Of a stretch of 64,000 bases of DNA, positions 51,130-64,000 are shown in pieces. Below the pieces are notes generated by a model that was not told the DNA's origin, did not search any database, and saw nothing but the letters and a program-made list of their open reading frames with translations. Source of the stretch: Camelus ferus (Eukaryota); contig NC_045707.1 in NCBI RefSeq assembly GCF_009834535.1, forward strand, positions 51,710,001 through 51,774,000, written 5' to 3'. How positions within the stretch are numbered: position 1 is the stretch's first letter; each line of letters starts with the position of its first letter. The position numbers and the translations under genes were made by a program.

Positions 51130-52705
51130 ACTTACCACTGAGTGCCCCTGTTTTTCTTAATAGCAGAACTCTTTGAGAAAGTTATCAATATTCACTGTCT
51201 CCTTTCTTCTTCTCTTTCTTGCTTTAAACCATTTCATTTTTAATACTCAAAGCTGTCCTTACCAAAATCTTTGATGATTTATACTTTGCAAAATACACTG
51301 ATCAATTTTCAAATCTCATCTGAAATATTTGACACACACCATCAATCCCAGTTCCTTGAAACATTTTCCTTACTTGCTTCCCACAAACTTCTGGTTTTCA
51401 TCTGCCCTCACTAGGGTGATCTTCTCAGTCTCATTTGTTGTAGGCTTCCTCATTTTTTTGCCACTTAAAGGTTAAGACTGCACTGGAGCTGTGCCTTGGG
51501 ATTGCTTTCCTTCTCTCTCCACGTTCACTTATTCATTTTATGAGTTTTATATTCCACCTACAGGGTAATGAATCACAGAGTGTAATACCCAGCCCAGATC
51601 TTACTTCTGGAAGATACATTATGTATCCAAAGTTTTACTCAACATTTTCAGCCTTAACCATATCTCAAACTGAATCCTTTTTACACCAACCCTGCTCCTC
51701 TTCATGGCCTCTTCATCTCAGGAATTGACTCATACTTGTTCAGTTGCCTGAACTCAAAACATAAATCTATAAATCCATTATTTTTTTCATAACTCACTTA
51801 CAGTGTATCAGCAAATATCATTTGCTCTACCTTCAAGATATATGCAAAATATGAATACTTCTTTCCACCTCTATTTGCTACCTTCATTCTGTTCCAGGTT
51901 TCTGTCATCTTTTCCTGCTCAGATTAATGAAACAACCCCAGAACTGTTCTTCACACTTTTGCAACTGCCTCATTAAACACTTTTTTCAGTGGTGACCTAT
52001 CTCATTCAGAGTAAAAGCCACAATCCTGACATTGGACTATAAAACTCTATACCAGAGCAGTCTGATGGAGACATTATGTGAACCATATATGTAATTTTCA
52101 TGTTCTAATAGCTGCAATTTAAACACTAGTAAAAAGGGAAAGATGAAATTAGTTTTAATTAACACTTTATTTAACCCATTACACATGAAATATCTCAACA
52201 TGGAATCAGCATAAAAGTTATTGACACATTCCTTTTTTCATTCTAAGTCTTCAAAATCTGGTGTGTATTTTACACTAACAAAACGTCTCAGTTTGGACCA
52301 GCTCCATCCCAAGAGCTCAGCAGTGTGTAACTTACTGGTCAATACAGCCTTACAGAATCAGTCATAGCATCGCTCACACCAACCTATTACCTCTCTGCAC
52401 TCAGCGTTTATTACCCTTCTCCTTACTCACTTTGGCCTTCTTTGTCTTTTTCCTGTGGTTTGTACAGGTCAGACCTTACCCGCTTTAAGACCACTGCACT
52501 TGCCATCCCTTCTCCTTGGAACTGTCTTCTCCTTGGCAACTGCATATCTCATTGCTTTATCTCCTTCAAGTGTTTGCTTAAGCAATTCTGTTACTTTTCC
52601 TAATTCCCCCTATACTATCACCATGGTGGTATGACCAGCACCTTGTGCGGTAATGGCTTATATTGGATACTCAATAATTAAACGGTTGTTCAACAAATAA
52701 TTGTG
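51130..52705 (+). mobile_element. L2, interrupted by MER33
   Basis: ccttgaaacattttccttacttgcttcc; ccagcccagatc; tcagcaaatatcatttgctctaccttcaagatatat; ctccttcaagtgtttgctta. Confidence 0.75.
52053..52349 (+). mobile_element. MER33 hAT-Charlie element
   Basis: catatatgtaatttt..tgaaattagttttaat..tttatttaaccca..ctaagtcttcaaaatctggtgtgtattttacact. Confidence 0.85.
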
Positions 52706-52803
52706 AAATTCAAAGGTCTAGAAATTATTATAAATTAGAAATAATGATACAGTGTGACACTAGATTTAATGGAAGCAAACATTTCTGGGAATATTTAGCT
52801 AAA

Positions 52804-53522
52804 TGTATATGTTTACCTATTCTGGGGTAACAGTCCACCCCAGAAGTAGTGGCTTAAAATAGAGTTCAGCATATCTTTTCTATAAATGACCAAATGGCAA
52901 TTATTTTAGGCTTTTTAGGTTGTAAGTTCTCTATTCCAACTGTCTGGCTCTACCGTTGAAGTGAGAAAGCAGCTGTAGACGATACGTGCACAGAAGGGTG
53001 TGTCTCTTTCTAATAAAATTTCATGTACAAAAAATACGGAGCCAGACTGTGGGCCCTAGTTTCCAAGCCTTAAAACAACAATCATTAATATCACTCCTGA
53101 GTCGGTGGATCAGAGGAGTGGCTCCTCCAGCCTGGGCCAGGCTTGGCTGATACCGGTTCTTATGTGTCTGAGATCTCCTGGCAGTGCCTGAGCTGACTAA
53201 TGTGGCCTCACTCACATGCCTGGTGTTTGGCTGTGGCCGAGGCAATGTGAGTGACTGGGCCAGGTGTCCTGTGTCTTCCAACAAGCTAGGCCTGTTGTTC
53301 ATGGGGGTCTTGGCAGTATTCCAGGGATGGGAGTAGGTACGGGTAAGGCTTCTTGAGACCACATTCTATTTCTGTTGGTCAGAGAAAGTCACAAGGCCAT
53401 CTCAAGTGTAACTAGTCTATCAGGTTTACTCTTGTTGCAAGAGCTGCAGAGTTAAACTGCAAAGAGGTATGGGTACAGAGGTGGAACATGACATCCATCT
53501 TTGCAAGCAGCCTACCATTACA
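52804..53522 (-). mobile_element. MLT1 (H/I/J-like) MaLR LTR, interrupted by MER58A
   Basis: caccccagaagtagtggcttaaaa | caacaatcatt...ttctgttggtcagagaaagtcacaaggcc...ccatctttgcaa. Confidence 0.75.
52860..53067 (-). mobile_element. MER58A MITE with 8-bp TSD
   Basis: TSD gcttaaaa (52852-52859) / ccttaaaa (53068-53075); internal attttaggcttt..aaagcagctgtagacgatacgt..aataaaa. Confidence 0.8.
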
Positions 53523-56500
53523 TGAATTTCGTATATTAAGCCAAACAAACAATTCCTATGAAATGGTTCATTACTACAAAGGCTGTATGTCAGTGTCAAA
53601 TATGAACCCAAGATCTTTTCCTACTTAAAACAGTTACCATTGTCCTAGTTTAGTGTATTGTTTGAATCTGGTGAATATTTCTTTGCCAATCCTGTAGTTG
53701 TCACTACACCGCTTTATCTGTATCATACCTGCCCTAGTCTGACTGTTATTTGACTCATCAGAGCCATCTGGACCTGTACTGTGAGTTTGAATTTGTCATT
53801 TCAGCTAAGGACTGTTAGGATTTCTGTTTTATTACTTATATTATGATGTCTGAAACACTTCTCTTACCGAGTGTTTTCATTAATTCTCTTATTTTGTGAG
53901 AGAATGCTGAAATTTCAACTCCTGAAAATAAACAATTCTAGATTTTAATCTCCAGTGTTAAATATCACCACGATGCCTTTTATTTTGGTGGTACCCTCGA
54001 GGTAGTGATTCAGTCAAATATTTTATTACCTGCTTATCTCTGTTTGCTTCACCAGGCTGTTTGGAAAATGAAAGCAGATGGAGCTGGCCAGAAACGTAGT
54101 TCATAAAAGCAGTTACTTAGTCATTAAAGTTTGTAATAGATCTAAACAGGCAGTGCAGAAAGGACTTGTTTTTTAAGGCAGCGATTGACTTTTTCCATAC
54201 ACTGCCTTATCCCCAAAGCGAAGAAAATACTCTCCAAATTTATTTTTAGAGTAATTTACCCTTCATAAATATATATAAAACTAATAAAATGTAGGATATG
54301 TTCTAATAAATTTACATTCTAATCACAGGGAAAAAAAATCACTAAATGTTATATTTAAATCAATGATATTAAGTTAATTAATGGAAAGAGAGCTATCCTA
54401 TATTCATTCAAGGCATGTCTATATTAAGAGAAATGGAATTAAGGTGAAATGGGTTTAGAAATTAATTATGAAAATGATTCCAATTTGTCAAGGCAGTTTT
54501 TTTCTCAATAATTTAAATATTTTGAGTAACGTATCTTGAGTCACATTTCTCCATGATTTGTTTTTAGTTAAATTGATTTTCATTTTGGTGAATTGATAAG
54601 AATATTGAGATGCACTTTGTTATATTCAACTTGAATGGTGAATGATGAATGTTATAGTTATTTATGGAAACATGTGAAATTAATTTATTTTGTAAACATT
54701 TCTGGTTCAAGGAAGCCACTGTAGGAAGACAGATTGATTAGGTACCATTAAAAATGTACATCACGTAAGTATTTTCCATTAAAAAATTTTGTGAATTTTA
54801 TTCTGAAAGTATGTATGGCTTAAAGTATTCCTCAAAGTTTCTCTTATGTAAGATGCATCATTAATAAAATGAGAAACTTCATATTAGGAAATTTTCTCTA
54901 GGAATAAATCATTAAAAATTTTACTCCCTGACTTAGCAAAAGCCAAACAGAATAAAATCAAAACCTCAGGTTAAAAGAAACAAAAACAGAAGAAGAGAAA
55001 CTTTCCTTCTGAGATCTCATTGTTTGCCCACATTGCATCCTGGCAACAGTAAATCAAATGAGAAGATTATGGTTATATATTATTTCTGCTTATCAATTAT
55101 TAGAATCCCTGAGATAGTCTTTTTCATGGAAAGTCCCACATTTTGCTTCACAGTGTAGAAAACTTCCAATTCTCATTAGGCATCTCTATTTTATTTTACT
55201 CTGTGTTAACTGTTACTGAGTGAACAATAAAAACTAGGTTTTTAGGAATTTCCAGATTAGGACCTCTGCCAGATTCCTTTAAAATGAAGTGTTCACATTG
55301 CTTTCAATAGTATATAAATTCCTTTTAAAAATGAAACAAAATCATATACTGAAATAAAATAATCATTCCACATTTAATCAGCCTATGTTACAGAAATATC
55401 TATGAATGATCTCGTAAGTAATAGTAAAAGCAATCTTTATGTAGTTTGAACATCCAGAAATGAAAAAAAATTAAATCTCCTTATTCTTGTCCTGTCCTTC
55501 TATGATTTATATTAATTTGCATATTTTTTAATGTCCCTGAAACTTAGATGTCAATGGCTGTGCATCATCACATAATCATTTATAACATGAATGTACTGTT
55601 CAAACACTGGAGTCAAGATACAGGGAAAAAAATTCTTCTACACTAGTTTTAAGCAAAAGTAGTTATTAAAGAGACAAAGACACCATTCACGTGAGCAGGA
55701 GAAGAGTTACAGTCAAGGATCATAGCAGGCATCTTGTCTTCAGTTACTGCATTCCTCGAGTAGCCTGCCAATAGCAAGCAAACAGACATCCTATCACCAT
55801 TTATAACTCACTCAGCAGGAAGTCATGATGCTTGGTGGGTGTTCAGTGAATGTTGGAAGACTGCTGCGCCCTGAATTAGTTTTATCCTCTTACTAAAAAA
55901 GGAAAGCAAAAGAGAAAATAGTATGGGGGAGAGAGATGAGAGAAAAGTGATGTGAATACTAGTGAATATTGCTACATATGATTCATGGACATTGTTGTTA
56001 TTTTAAATACATGGATTATTTTACATGCATGCATTATTTTATATACATTTGTGATACATATGTTTTGTTATTTACCTAGTGTTATTTTTTAATGGGTCAT
56101 AAATGGTATTTAGGACTGGAATATTCCACTTAAAAAGAAAGGCATTAGCACTTTAGGATTATGATACTGTAAAATGTAAGCATCATTCTTTCAGGTAAGG
56201 TGGGATCTCAGTAACTTGACAAAAGAGAGCCCAAATAAATCTAGAACAAGAGAGGAGAGCAGTAGACTAGAAGAAGAAAGGAAGGGAGCAGAGGGACTTT
56301 CTGATTAACTATCTAAATGAAGGTGAGCCAAACAACTACTCTTCAGACACCATTTTACCTACAGAGAACAGAAAAGCTAATTAAAAGAAGGTATTTGGTA
56401 AACAGACAAATAAGACAGAAGAACTAGGGCCAAGAGCATCAGGGAGGTCTGCCTTTTTTCCCTCACAAAGTGACTGCCAACATTTAACTAGCTGTTGTTT

Positions 56501-57847
56501 TTATGTTTCTTTTCTTTTCCTGACCAACTCAATAATTTCTTCCTTTTTATTTTCTGTCATTTTAAAATAATCTGTTGAGGGCATCTTTTCTCTTTACATC
56601 TACCAGTTGTTTGTTTTTTGTTTTTTTTTTTTCATTTTTATGTATAATTTACCTATTTTCCTTCCCCACTATTAAATGTTTGCTCCTTTTTTCGTTTCTC
56701 TTTCAAAATGCAATACAAAATAGCAAAATTTATTGTTTTGTAAGTAGTGTTTTTCCAAAGCATGTGAAAAGAATTTAATTTAGAATAATTTTCCCTAATT
56801 CAAGTTTACAGTTTCATATTCTGATGTATATTATGAGATGCGGCCTACAATATTTCAAGATCTAGGTCAGAAAGACTTCCCAGAAAAGACACAATTCTTA
56901 TATATTGGATTTTTTTTTTGAAGTACAATACATCATTATTTATAATGTAGTGCCAGAAAAATTGTTTCTACAATTTAATATTTTTTCTCCTAAGATGTGC
57001 ACTTTTATAGTAATACCAGGACATAGAAGAACTTAAATGTTTGAAAAAGAAAATAGACCATCTGTATTAGTTTTTTGGCCATGATTAGTCACTGTCTTGA
57101 TTGATACTATTAAAAATACTATTTTAATTGAGTGCTTTATTTTACCTTTCATTTTTCTTTGGGTATCATACATAGCATAAAAATTTTCAATAGCTTTCCA
57201 TTTTATTTGCTGTTGCCTCTGGTGATTTATAAAACAGGACTTAAAATTCAGTTAAAACAACCCTCCTTTTCTTGGCAGGGATTGGGAGTGCGGTCCCAGG
57301 CCCTGTAATAAATGGAGGTAGAGGGAAAGAGCTCTGGTCCTCTCCGTGTCTTGTCTTAGGTACCAGTGGCTTCCAGTTTACCAGTTGTATCCTCAAATGC
57401 AGGGAGAAGGGGTTAAAAAAAAAAAAAAATATATATATATATGTACACACACACACACACAAATATATAAATAAATGAATATAGATATAAATAAATGAAT
57501 TCAATTCAAAATAACAAAAGTGATAGTCAAAAAGACAAAAAAGGACAAGTCAACATAAAATTAAATTGGTGTAAGTATCAAGAGCTAATGACTAAATACT
57601 TTAACATACCACATAGTAAGTACTTCATAAATGTTGACTAGCAATAATTGTTAAGATAATGATGATGCTCAAAGACCCACCATCAATGAATGTTCAAGCT
57701 GATCACCCTTAAAGGTGATAGAACAATGTAAGTGACAAAATAAATCCTATTAGGTGAAGGGTATAATCTAAGTAAACAAATGGCATACCATGTCAAATGC
57801 AATAATAGCAAGAAGTCTGAGAATTTAACATGGTCCTAGACTACATT

Positions 57848-57879
<32 letters not shown>
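57848..57879. repeat. (TTG)n microsatellite
   Basis: Read directly. Confidence 0.95.
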
Positions 57880-57880
<1 letters not shown>

Positions 57881-58989
57881 TATTTTCTAAGCACCATGGT
57901 TCACTCTTAAAATTGATTTATGTTCACTGATCTTTTTTTGTTTGTTTTTCTGTTCCATACATCTTTACTCAGAGATTTTTTTTCTCAGTGATTTGGAAAA
58001 GTTGTATTTATAAAAATGAGGGTCTGGATCTATTTTTTTCAATGCCATAACAATGCTATAAACTTCAATATTAAAATAATAGACTCGGCACTTTAAAAAG
58101 TCATACAACTGCTTAATTTAGTATGTTAAGTAAAGGACAGGGAGACATTACTAATCATTATTTTACTATGCACACTTAGAAGGCTAACATTTATAAATCA
58201 TTTCAAATAGAGAATTCTGTTTCTTCTTCCAAATAGAAGGCATCCAATTTAATTGTTTCATAAGCTAGCATCTTGTTGATTTTTCTCTAATCAGAACAAG
58301 AGTTGTCTGTAATTGCTTCATATTTAAAGCCTTAATGTGGTTTCTATTGACCAATCTTTATCATTAATTATTGAGTAAAGTGGTGTTATTTATATTTCCT
58401 AATTAACTTTAACTCTAATAGCCAGTGAAATAGATTTGTGTGGATTTTTTGAGTCAAATTTACAAAGTGGCTTGATGAACATTTACTTAAAACTATAAAA
58501 TGCCTTAGAGTTAACATTATACTTTAGTATGTGTAGTTCAAAATCATGACATTCCTTGAAGCAGTTACTTCCGATGGAATAAAATGTAAGACTGGTAATG
58601 ACTATTGTAGTAATATGATAAATTTTAAACAAAAGCCAAAAATATTTATGTTTCTTGTAGCAACACCTTTCAGGTTTGCTTTTCAAATTTAAATTTGCAA
58701 CTTGAAGCCTCGAGCATAAAATGAAAACCAGACTGCTGGTATTCCTGGAAAATTCTGATTATACCAATGAGAAATAAAAGAATACTTTGGATTTGGGTTG
58801 TACCCTTTTAAATCTCAAAGGTCTTTCCAAATTAATTATGTCAAGTATCAACATTAAATATGTATTCACCAGAGGACTAAAGATATCCAATATCAAATGA
58901 TACTTAAATGTCAGTTATAGGATAAACACAAAACAAACTACTTGAGTGTTTAAATATGCCACACATTTCCTGTCATGGTGACCTTTCAT

Positions 58990-59315
58990 GATCCTTTTTT
59001 CCCAGTGTTCTCTCCCAGGTAAGCTTATCCTTCAAGGCCAGCTCAATTACCAGCATTTATATTAGTCTTTCTGTGATTTTCTTCCCTGGAATTAATGGCT
59101 TCTGTTTCTCTGCTTCTATAAAACCGTGTAGTTAACCTCTATTACAACATGTTTCACATGATATTATAATTGTCTCCTTTAGGTATTTGCTTCTCCAAAA
59201 GACTTCATGTTTCTTGAAGAAGAGGTCTAATTTTGGCAGATCTGGTGTCCTCAGCTCAAGGCACAAAGTCTAACTCATTTCCATTACCTAATATATATTT
59301 GATGAATGAGTAAAT
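58990..59315 (+). mobile_element. L2 3' end
   Basis: ttatccttcaaggccagctcaa...tcttgaaga..ggcacaaagtct...tatttgatgaatgagtaaat. Confidence 0.6.
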
Positions 59316-60449
59316 ACAGAGTCAGTCAAAAGAGTAGACCAATCCAGATTTGAGGCTGGAATGAATGATCATGCTGTAACCTACAAAGTTTGTTAAGCTA
59401 GGTACTGGCAAACCACATGGGAATGTTTTTCTGGGAGTTGGTTCTTATTTGGCTTTTAGTAGATGTTGTATTTGTGAACCAATTGACCTGGACTGCACAA
59501 AAAGTTAGTACTGCCTGCTTTGGCTTTCTTATGTGAATCACACTTCTGTGCTGCCTAACAAGCATTCTGAAATATCGGGCCTGACACGGACTCCAAGTTA
59601 ATGATGATAACTCAGGGTATAGGCATGCGTTTTATGGTTCTAACTTCATTGATTTAAAAGCCAGAATAAAACTTCAGATAAAACTGTAACTTACAAAACC
59701 CACAGCCATCTGTGGGAGACCCATTGGAATTAAACATATTGGAGGAGGCTGTCAAAAGTGTAAGTTACTTTCTGAGTGTAAGTCTTTCTCTAAGGTGACT
59801 TAAGTACTGTAGGTCTCCAGAAGAACATTTATTATTTAGTATTATAACCTGTCTTCTGGTCTAAAACACCAATGTGTTGGCCATATTCTGACATTCTATC
59901 TTTTTCATCCAGCATGTGTGGGTCCAAAATAGTTCTTCTCTGAAGGTTTTACTTTATCAGGATAGAATTGTACTTAGTCAAGAATATCCCAGAAAAGCCT
60001 CTTGTTGTATTTAGAACTCCTAAGGTTTTATATTTGTGACAAAGTTACTGAGTATTCATGTAAGTCACGCCCCAGTGTCTAAGCCTCAGGTTAGTCATGT
60101 AACTTCTCTGTATCTGGATTTATTCTATGTTGGATGAGCAGTGTAGTATAAAAAATGTCTTCAAATTCACAAACTAAAGTTTTTACAGAGTAAAACTCTC
60201 TTCGGTAGCAGAGGCAAGAGAAAGTTAGGGTAGACCCATTAATATGACTGAAGTCAGCTCCGTGTACTTGCTGGCAATCTCAAGCCAGGCCTCTCCAGTG
60301 GGTCCCTGGCTTGCTTTGCGTGTTCTGTTCCCAGTTCATGATTTCTACTTCTATCTCTGGCATGAGTATAGATGCAAACATCAGTCCACTGATACCGGAA
60401 TTTTATATTCCATTAATTCTGAGGTATTTTTTTCCCCAGTGAGTTAACA

Positions 60450-60600
60450 ATTTTTCACTGAAGTATAGTTGACTTACAATATGATACTTGATTCAGGTGT
60501 GTGACATAGTGATTCAACATTTTTACAGATTATGCTCCATATAAAGTTATTATAAAATATTGTCTATATTGCCTGTGCTGTACATTACATCCATTACATC
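60450..60600 (-). mobile_element. Short L1 3' end
   Basis: ctgaagtatagttgacttacaata..catagtgattca..ttatgctccatataaagttattataaaatatt, the same family as the 60943 element. Confidence 0.8.
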
Positions 60601-60942
60601 CTTCTGTCAGTTGATCTACGTCTAGCTATCTCTCTCTCTCTCCAAAGCAGGATGTTTGTTTCATTTCTTTATTCAAAACATTTATAACAACTCTAATAGA
60701 AATATACCTAAGTCTTCAACAGAAGGATAGTGTTCACTGGTTAAATTATGGTAATCATCATATGTAACCAATTAAAATTATATTAATCAGGGGGTCTTAC
60801 TTTAGAAGGTTTTATGCAAAAAATATAGAACACTGCATTGTCTGCCCAGTATGTACTCAATGCATAGAAAGCGTTTAGAACCCAGCATCCCCAAATATGA
60901 TTTCTATAAGTGATGGTATTACAGGCAAGCTGCTCTTCACTC

Positions 60943-63900
60943 TTTTTTTTTTTTATTGAAGTATAGTTTATTTACAATAATACATTTATTTCAAGTGTAA
61001 AACATACTGATTCAATATTTTTACAGATTATACTCCATTTAAAGGTATTATAAAATATTGGATATATTTTCTCTGCTAGTTATTACCCTGTTGTATCTTA
61101 TTTTATACCTAGTTGTTTGTACCTTTTAATCCCCTTCACCTATTTTGTCCCTCCCCTCAACCCTCTCCTCATTGATAACCACTAGTTTGTGCTCTGTATG
61201 TGTGAGTCAGTTTCTGTTTTATTATATGGTTTATTTTATATTTTAGATTCCACATATAAGTGAAAACATACAGTATTTGTTATTCTCTGTCTGACTCATT
61301 TCACCAAGCATAATACCCACCAGGTCCATCTATGTTGTTACAAGTGGCAAGATTTCATTCTTTTTTATGGCTGAATAATATTCCATTGTGAATAAGAGAG
61401 AGAGAGTGTGTGTGTGTGTGTATCCTCATCTTTATCAATTCATCTACTGATGGGTATTTATTTAGTTTGCTTCCATATTTGGGCTATTGTAAATCATGCC
61501 ACTATGAACACTGCAGTGCATATATATTTTGAATTAGTTCATTGGCTATATACCCAGGAGTGGACTTGCTGGATAATATGGTAGTTCTGTTTTTAAATTT
61601 TTGAGGATATCCTATACTGTTTCCATATGAGCTATACCAATTTACACTCCCACCAACATATTCCCAACCCTAGGGTACTAGGGTTCCCTTTCCTCTACAT
61701 CCTTGCCAGTACTTGTTATTTCTTATCTTTTTGACATCAGCTATTCTGATAGGTGTGGGATGATATCTCATTGTGGTTTTGATTTGCATTTCCCTGATAA
61801 TTGGTGATACTGAACATCTTTTTCTATGCCTGTTGGCTATCTGTAGGTCTTTATTGGAAAATGTCTTTTTAGGTCTTCTGCCCATTTTTAATTGTCTTTT
61901 TTATATTGAGTCATGTATTCTTTATATATTTTAGATATTTACCTCTTATCAGACACAGCATTTGCAAAAATCCTCTCTCATTCAGTAGGTTGCCTTTTTG
62001 TTTTATTGATGGTTACCCTTGATGTGCCAAAGCTTTTAAGTTTAATTAGGTCCATTCATTTATTTTTGCTCTTGTTTCCCTTGCCTGAGCAGACAGAACC
62101 AAAAAATATATAGATAAGGCCTATGTAAAAGAATGTATTGCCTATGTTTTCTTCTAGGAGTTTTATGGTTTCAGGTCTTAGACTTAGGTCTTTAATCCAC
62201 TTTGAGTTTATTGTATATAGTGTGAGAAAATGTTCTAATTTCATTCTTTAACATGTAGCTCTCTGGCTTTTCCAGCACCACTTATTGAAGAAAACTTTCC
62301 CCATTGTATATTCTTGCCTCCTTGAATCTAGATTATTGACCACATGTGCATGGGTTTATTTCTGGGCTCTATATTCTGTTCCATTGATCCATGTGTCTGG
62401 TTTTATGCAAATACTGAATTGTTTTGATTACTGTAGCTTTGCAGTATAGTGTGAAGTCTGGGAGTGTGATACCTCCAGCTTTGTTCTTTTTTCTCAACGT
62501 TGTTTTGGCTATTCAGCATCTTTTGTTTTTCCATACAGACTTTAGGAATATTTTTTCTAGTCTGTGAAAAACATCATGGATATTTTGATATGGATTATAT
62601 TAAATCTGTAGATTGCTTTTGGTATTAGGACAATTTTAATAATAAATTCTTCCAATCCATGAGCATGGAATGTCCTTCCATTTCTTTATGTCAACTTCAG
62701 TTTCCTTCATCAGTGTTTTAGTTTTCAGAGTATAGGTCTTTCACCTCCTTGGTTAAATGCATTCTTAGGTAGTTTATTCTTTTTGATGAGATTTTAAATA
62801 GAATTTTTTTTTCTGCTTTCTCTGATAGTTCATTAATACTGTATAGAAAAGCAACTTTTTTGTGTGTGTGTGAGTAAAAGTAGATTTATTCAGAGAGATA
62901 CACACTCCATAGACAGAGTGCAGGCCATCTCAGAAGGCAAGATAGGCCTAGGAGATACACATTTCATGCTGAATGCAGGCGTCTTAGAAGGGAGAGCCCT
63001 AGAAGGATGGGGCGAGGAAGAATGAGATCAGCGAGATTTCTGTATATTCACTTTGAATCCTGCAACCATATTGAATTCTTTTATTAGTTCTAATAGTTTT
63101 TTGAAAGAGTTTTTAGGATTTTCTATGTATAGTATCAAATCATCTGCAAATAGTGACAGTTTTACTTCTTTCCTTCCAATTTGGATGCTTTTTCCTTTTT
63201 TCTTTCTTTTTTTTTTTTTTTTTTTTTGGTCCAATTGCTGTGGTTAGGATTTCCAATACTATTTTAAATAGAAATGGTGAGAGTAGGCATTGTCTTATTT
63301 TTGATGTTAGAGTAAAAACTTTAAGCTTTTCACCCTTGAATATGACATTAGCTGTGGGTTTGTCATATATATAGCCTTTATTATGTTGAGGTATGTTTCC
63401 TCTATGTCCATTTTGTTGGTAATTTTTATCACAAATGTATGTTGAATTTTGTCAAATGCTTTTTCTGCATCTATTGAGATGATCATATGTTTTTTTATTC
63501 TTCATTTTGTTAATGTGATCTATCATGCTGATTGACCTGAGGATGTTGAGCCATCTTGCATCGCTGGAATAAATTCCACTTGATCATTGTGTATGATCCT
63601 TTCAGTGTATTGTTGAATTCATTTTGCAAGTATTTTGCTGAGGATTTTTGCATCTTTGTTCATCAGTGATACTGGTTTGTAATTTTCTTGTTTTTGGTAG
63701 TGTTGTTGTCTCATTTTAGTATCAGGGTAAGAATGAGTTTGGGAGTGCTCCCTCTTCTTCAATTTTTTGAAACAGAGAAAAGTAGGTATCAACTCTTCTT
63801 TCAGTGGTTGGTAAGATTCCACTGTGGAGCCATCTGGTCCTGGACTTTAGTTTGTTGACAGTTACTTGATTATTGATTCAATTTCAATACTAGTAATTGA

Positions 63901-64000
63901 TCTGTCCAGATTATCTGTTTCTTGCTGATTCACCCTTGGAAGATTGCATTTTTCTTTTAAGTTGTCCAATTTGTTGGCATATAACTATTCAAAGTATTTT
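60943..64000 (-). mobile_element. LINE-1 (laurasiatherian/cetartiodactyl), 3'UTR plus decayed ORF2, running off the window end
   Basis: Poly(T) tail at 60943. ORF fragments [19 protein letters not shown] (RT catalytic motif), [20 protein letters not shown] and MQIKTTMRYHPTPIR. Frameshifted. Confidence 0.95.
62856..63033 (-). mobile_element. Polyadenylated LTR-like fragment inserted in L1 ORF2
   Basis: Interrupts the L1 between gaaaagcaac and agatttctgtat. Minus-strand AATAAA (62885-62890) is followed by (CA)nA6; two internal 51-57 bp repeats. Confidence 0.6.

Noticed and set aside
54055..54105. Possible + strand exon after ttgcttcaccag
   Set aside because: The donor (AAC|GTAGTT) is poor, and all frames stop shortly after without it.
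61670..63822. Several minus-strand ORFs including the FADD motif
   Set aside because: Disrupted pieces of one L1 ORF2; not coding-competent.
1..64000. CRISPR array, operon or other prokaryote-style system
   Set aside because: No regularly spaced repeat-spacer array or gene-dense region; the sequence is mammalian non-coding DNA.

Overview
AT-rich, CpG-poor mammalian genomic DNA, most likely from a camelid (camel, alpaca or llama). The basis is one tRNA-Ala-derived Vic-1-type SINE with target-site duplications, cetartiodactyl-type L1 3' ends and a MER41-like LTR; I saw no Bov-tA, CHR, PRE1 or Alu SINEs. I find no supportable protein-coding exon, RNA gene or CRISPR array. The only ORFs I recognise are broken LINE-1 ORF2 fragments. 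Much of the window is decayed repeats (L1, L2, MIR, MER21, MLT1, MER41-like and ERV1 LTRs, and the MER53, MER58, MER33 and MER69 DNA transposons), separated by unique blocks that may be regulatory. Most L1s and the well-preserved LTRs lie on the minus strand, which suggests a very large intron of a + strand gene. I cannot support a new multi-gene biological system here. The best leads are: a possible recursive-splice site or 24-nt micro-exon (41261-41284); a CpG-retaining old L1 5'UTR next to a young solo LTR (44.4-45.7 kb); a polyadenylated LTR retrocopy inside an L1; several short palindromes that look like templated insertions; and a fold-back L2 junction. Repeat family names come from recalled consensus sequences, not a database search, and boundaries of old repeats are approximate.
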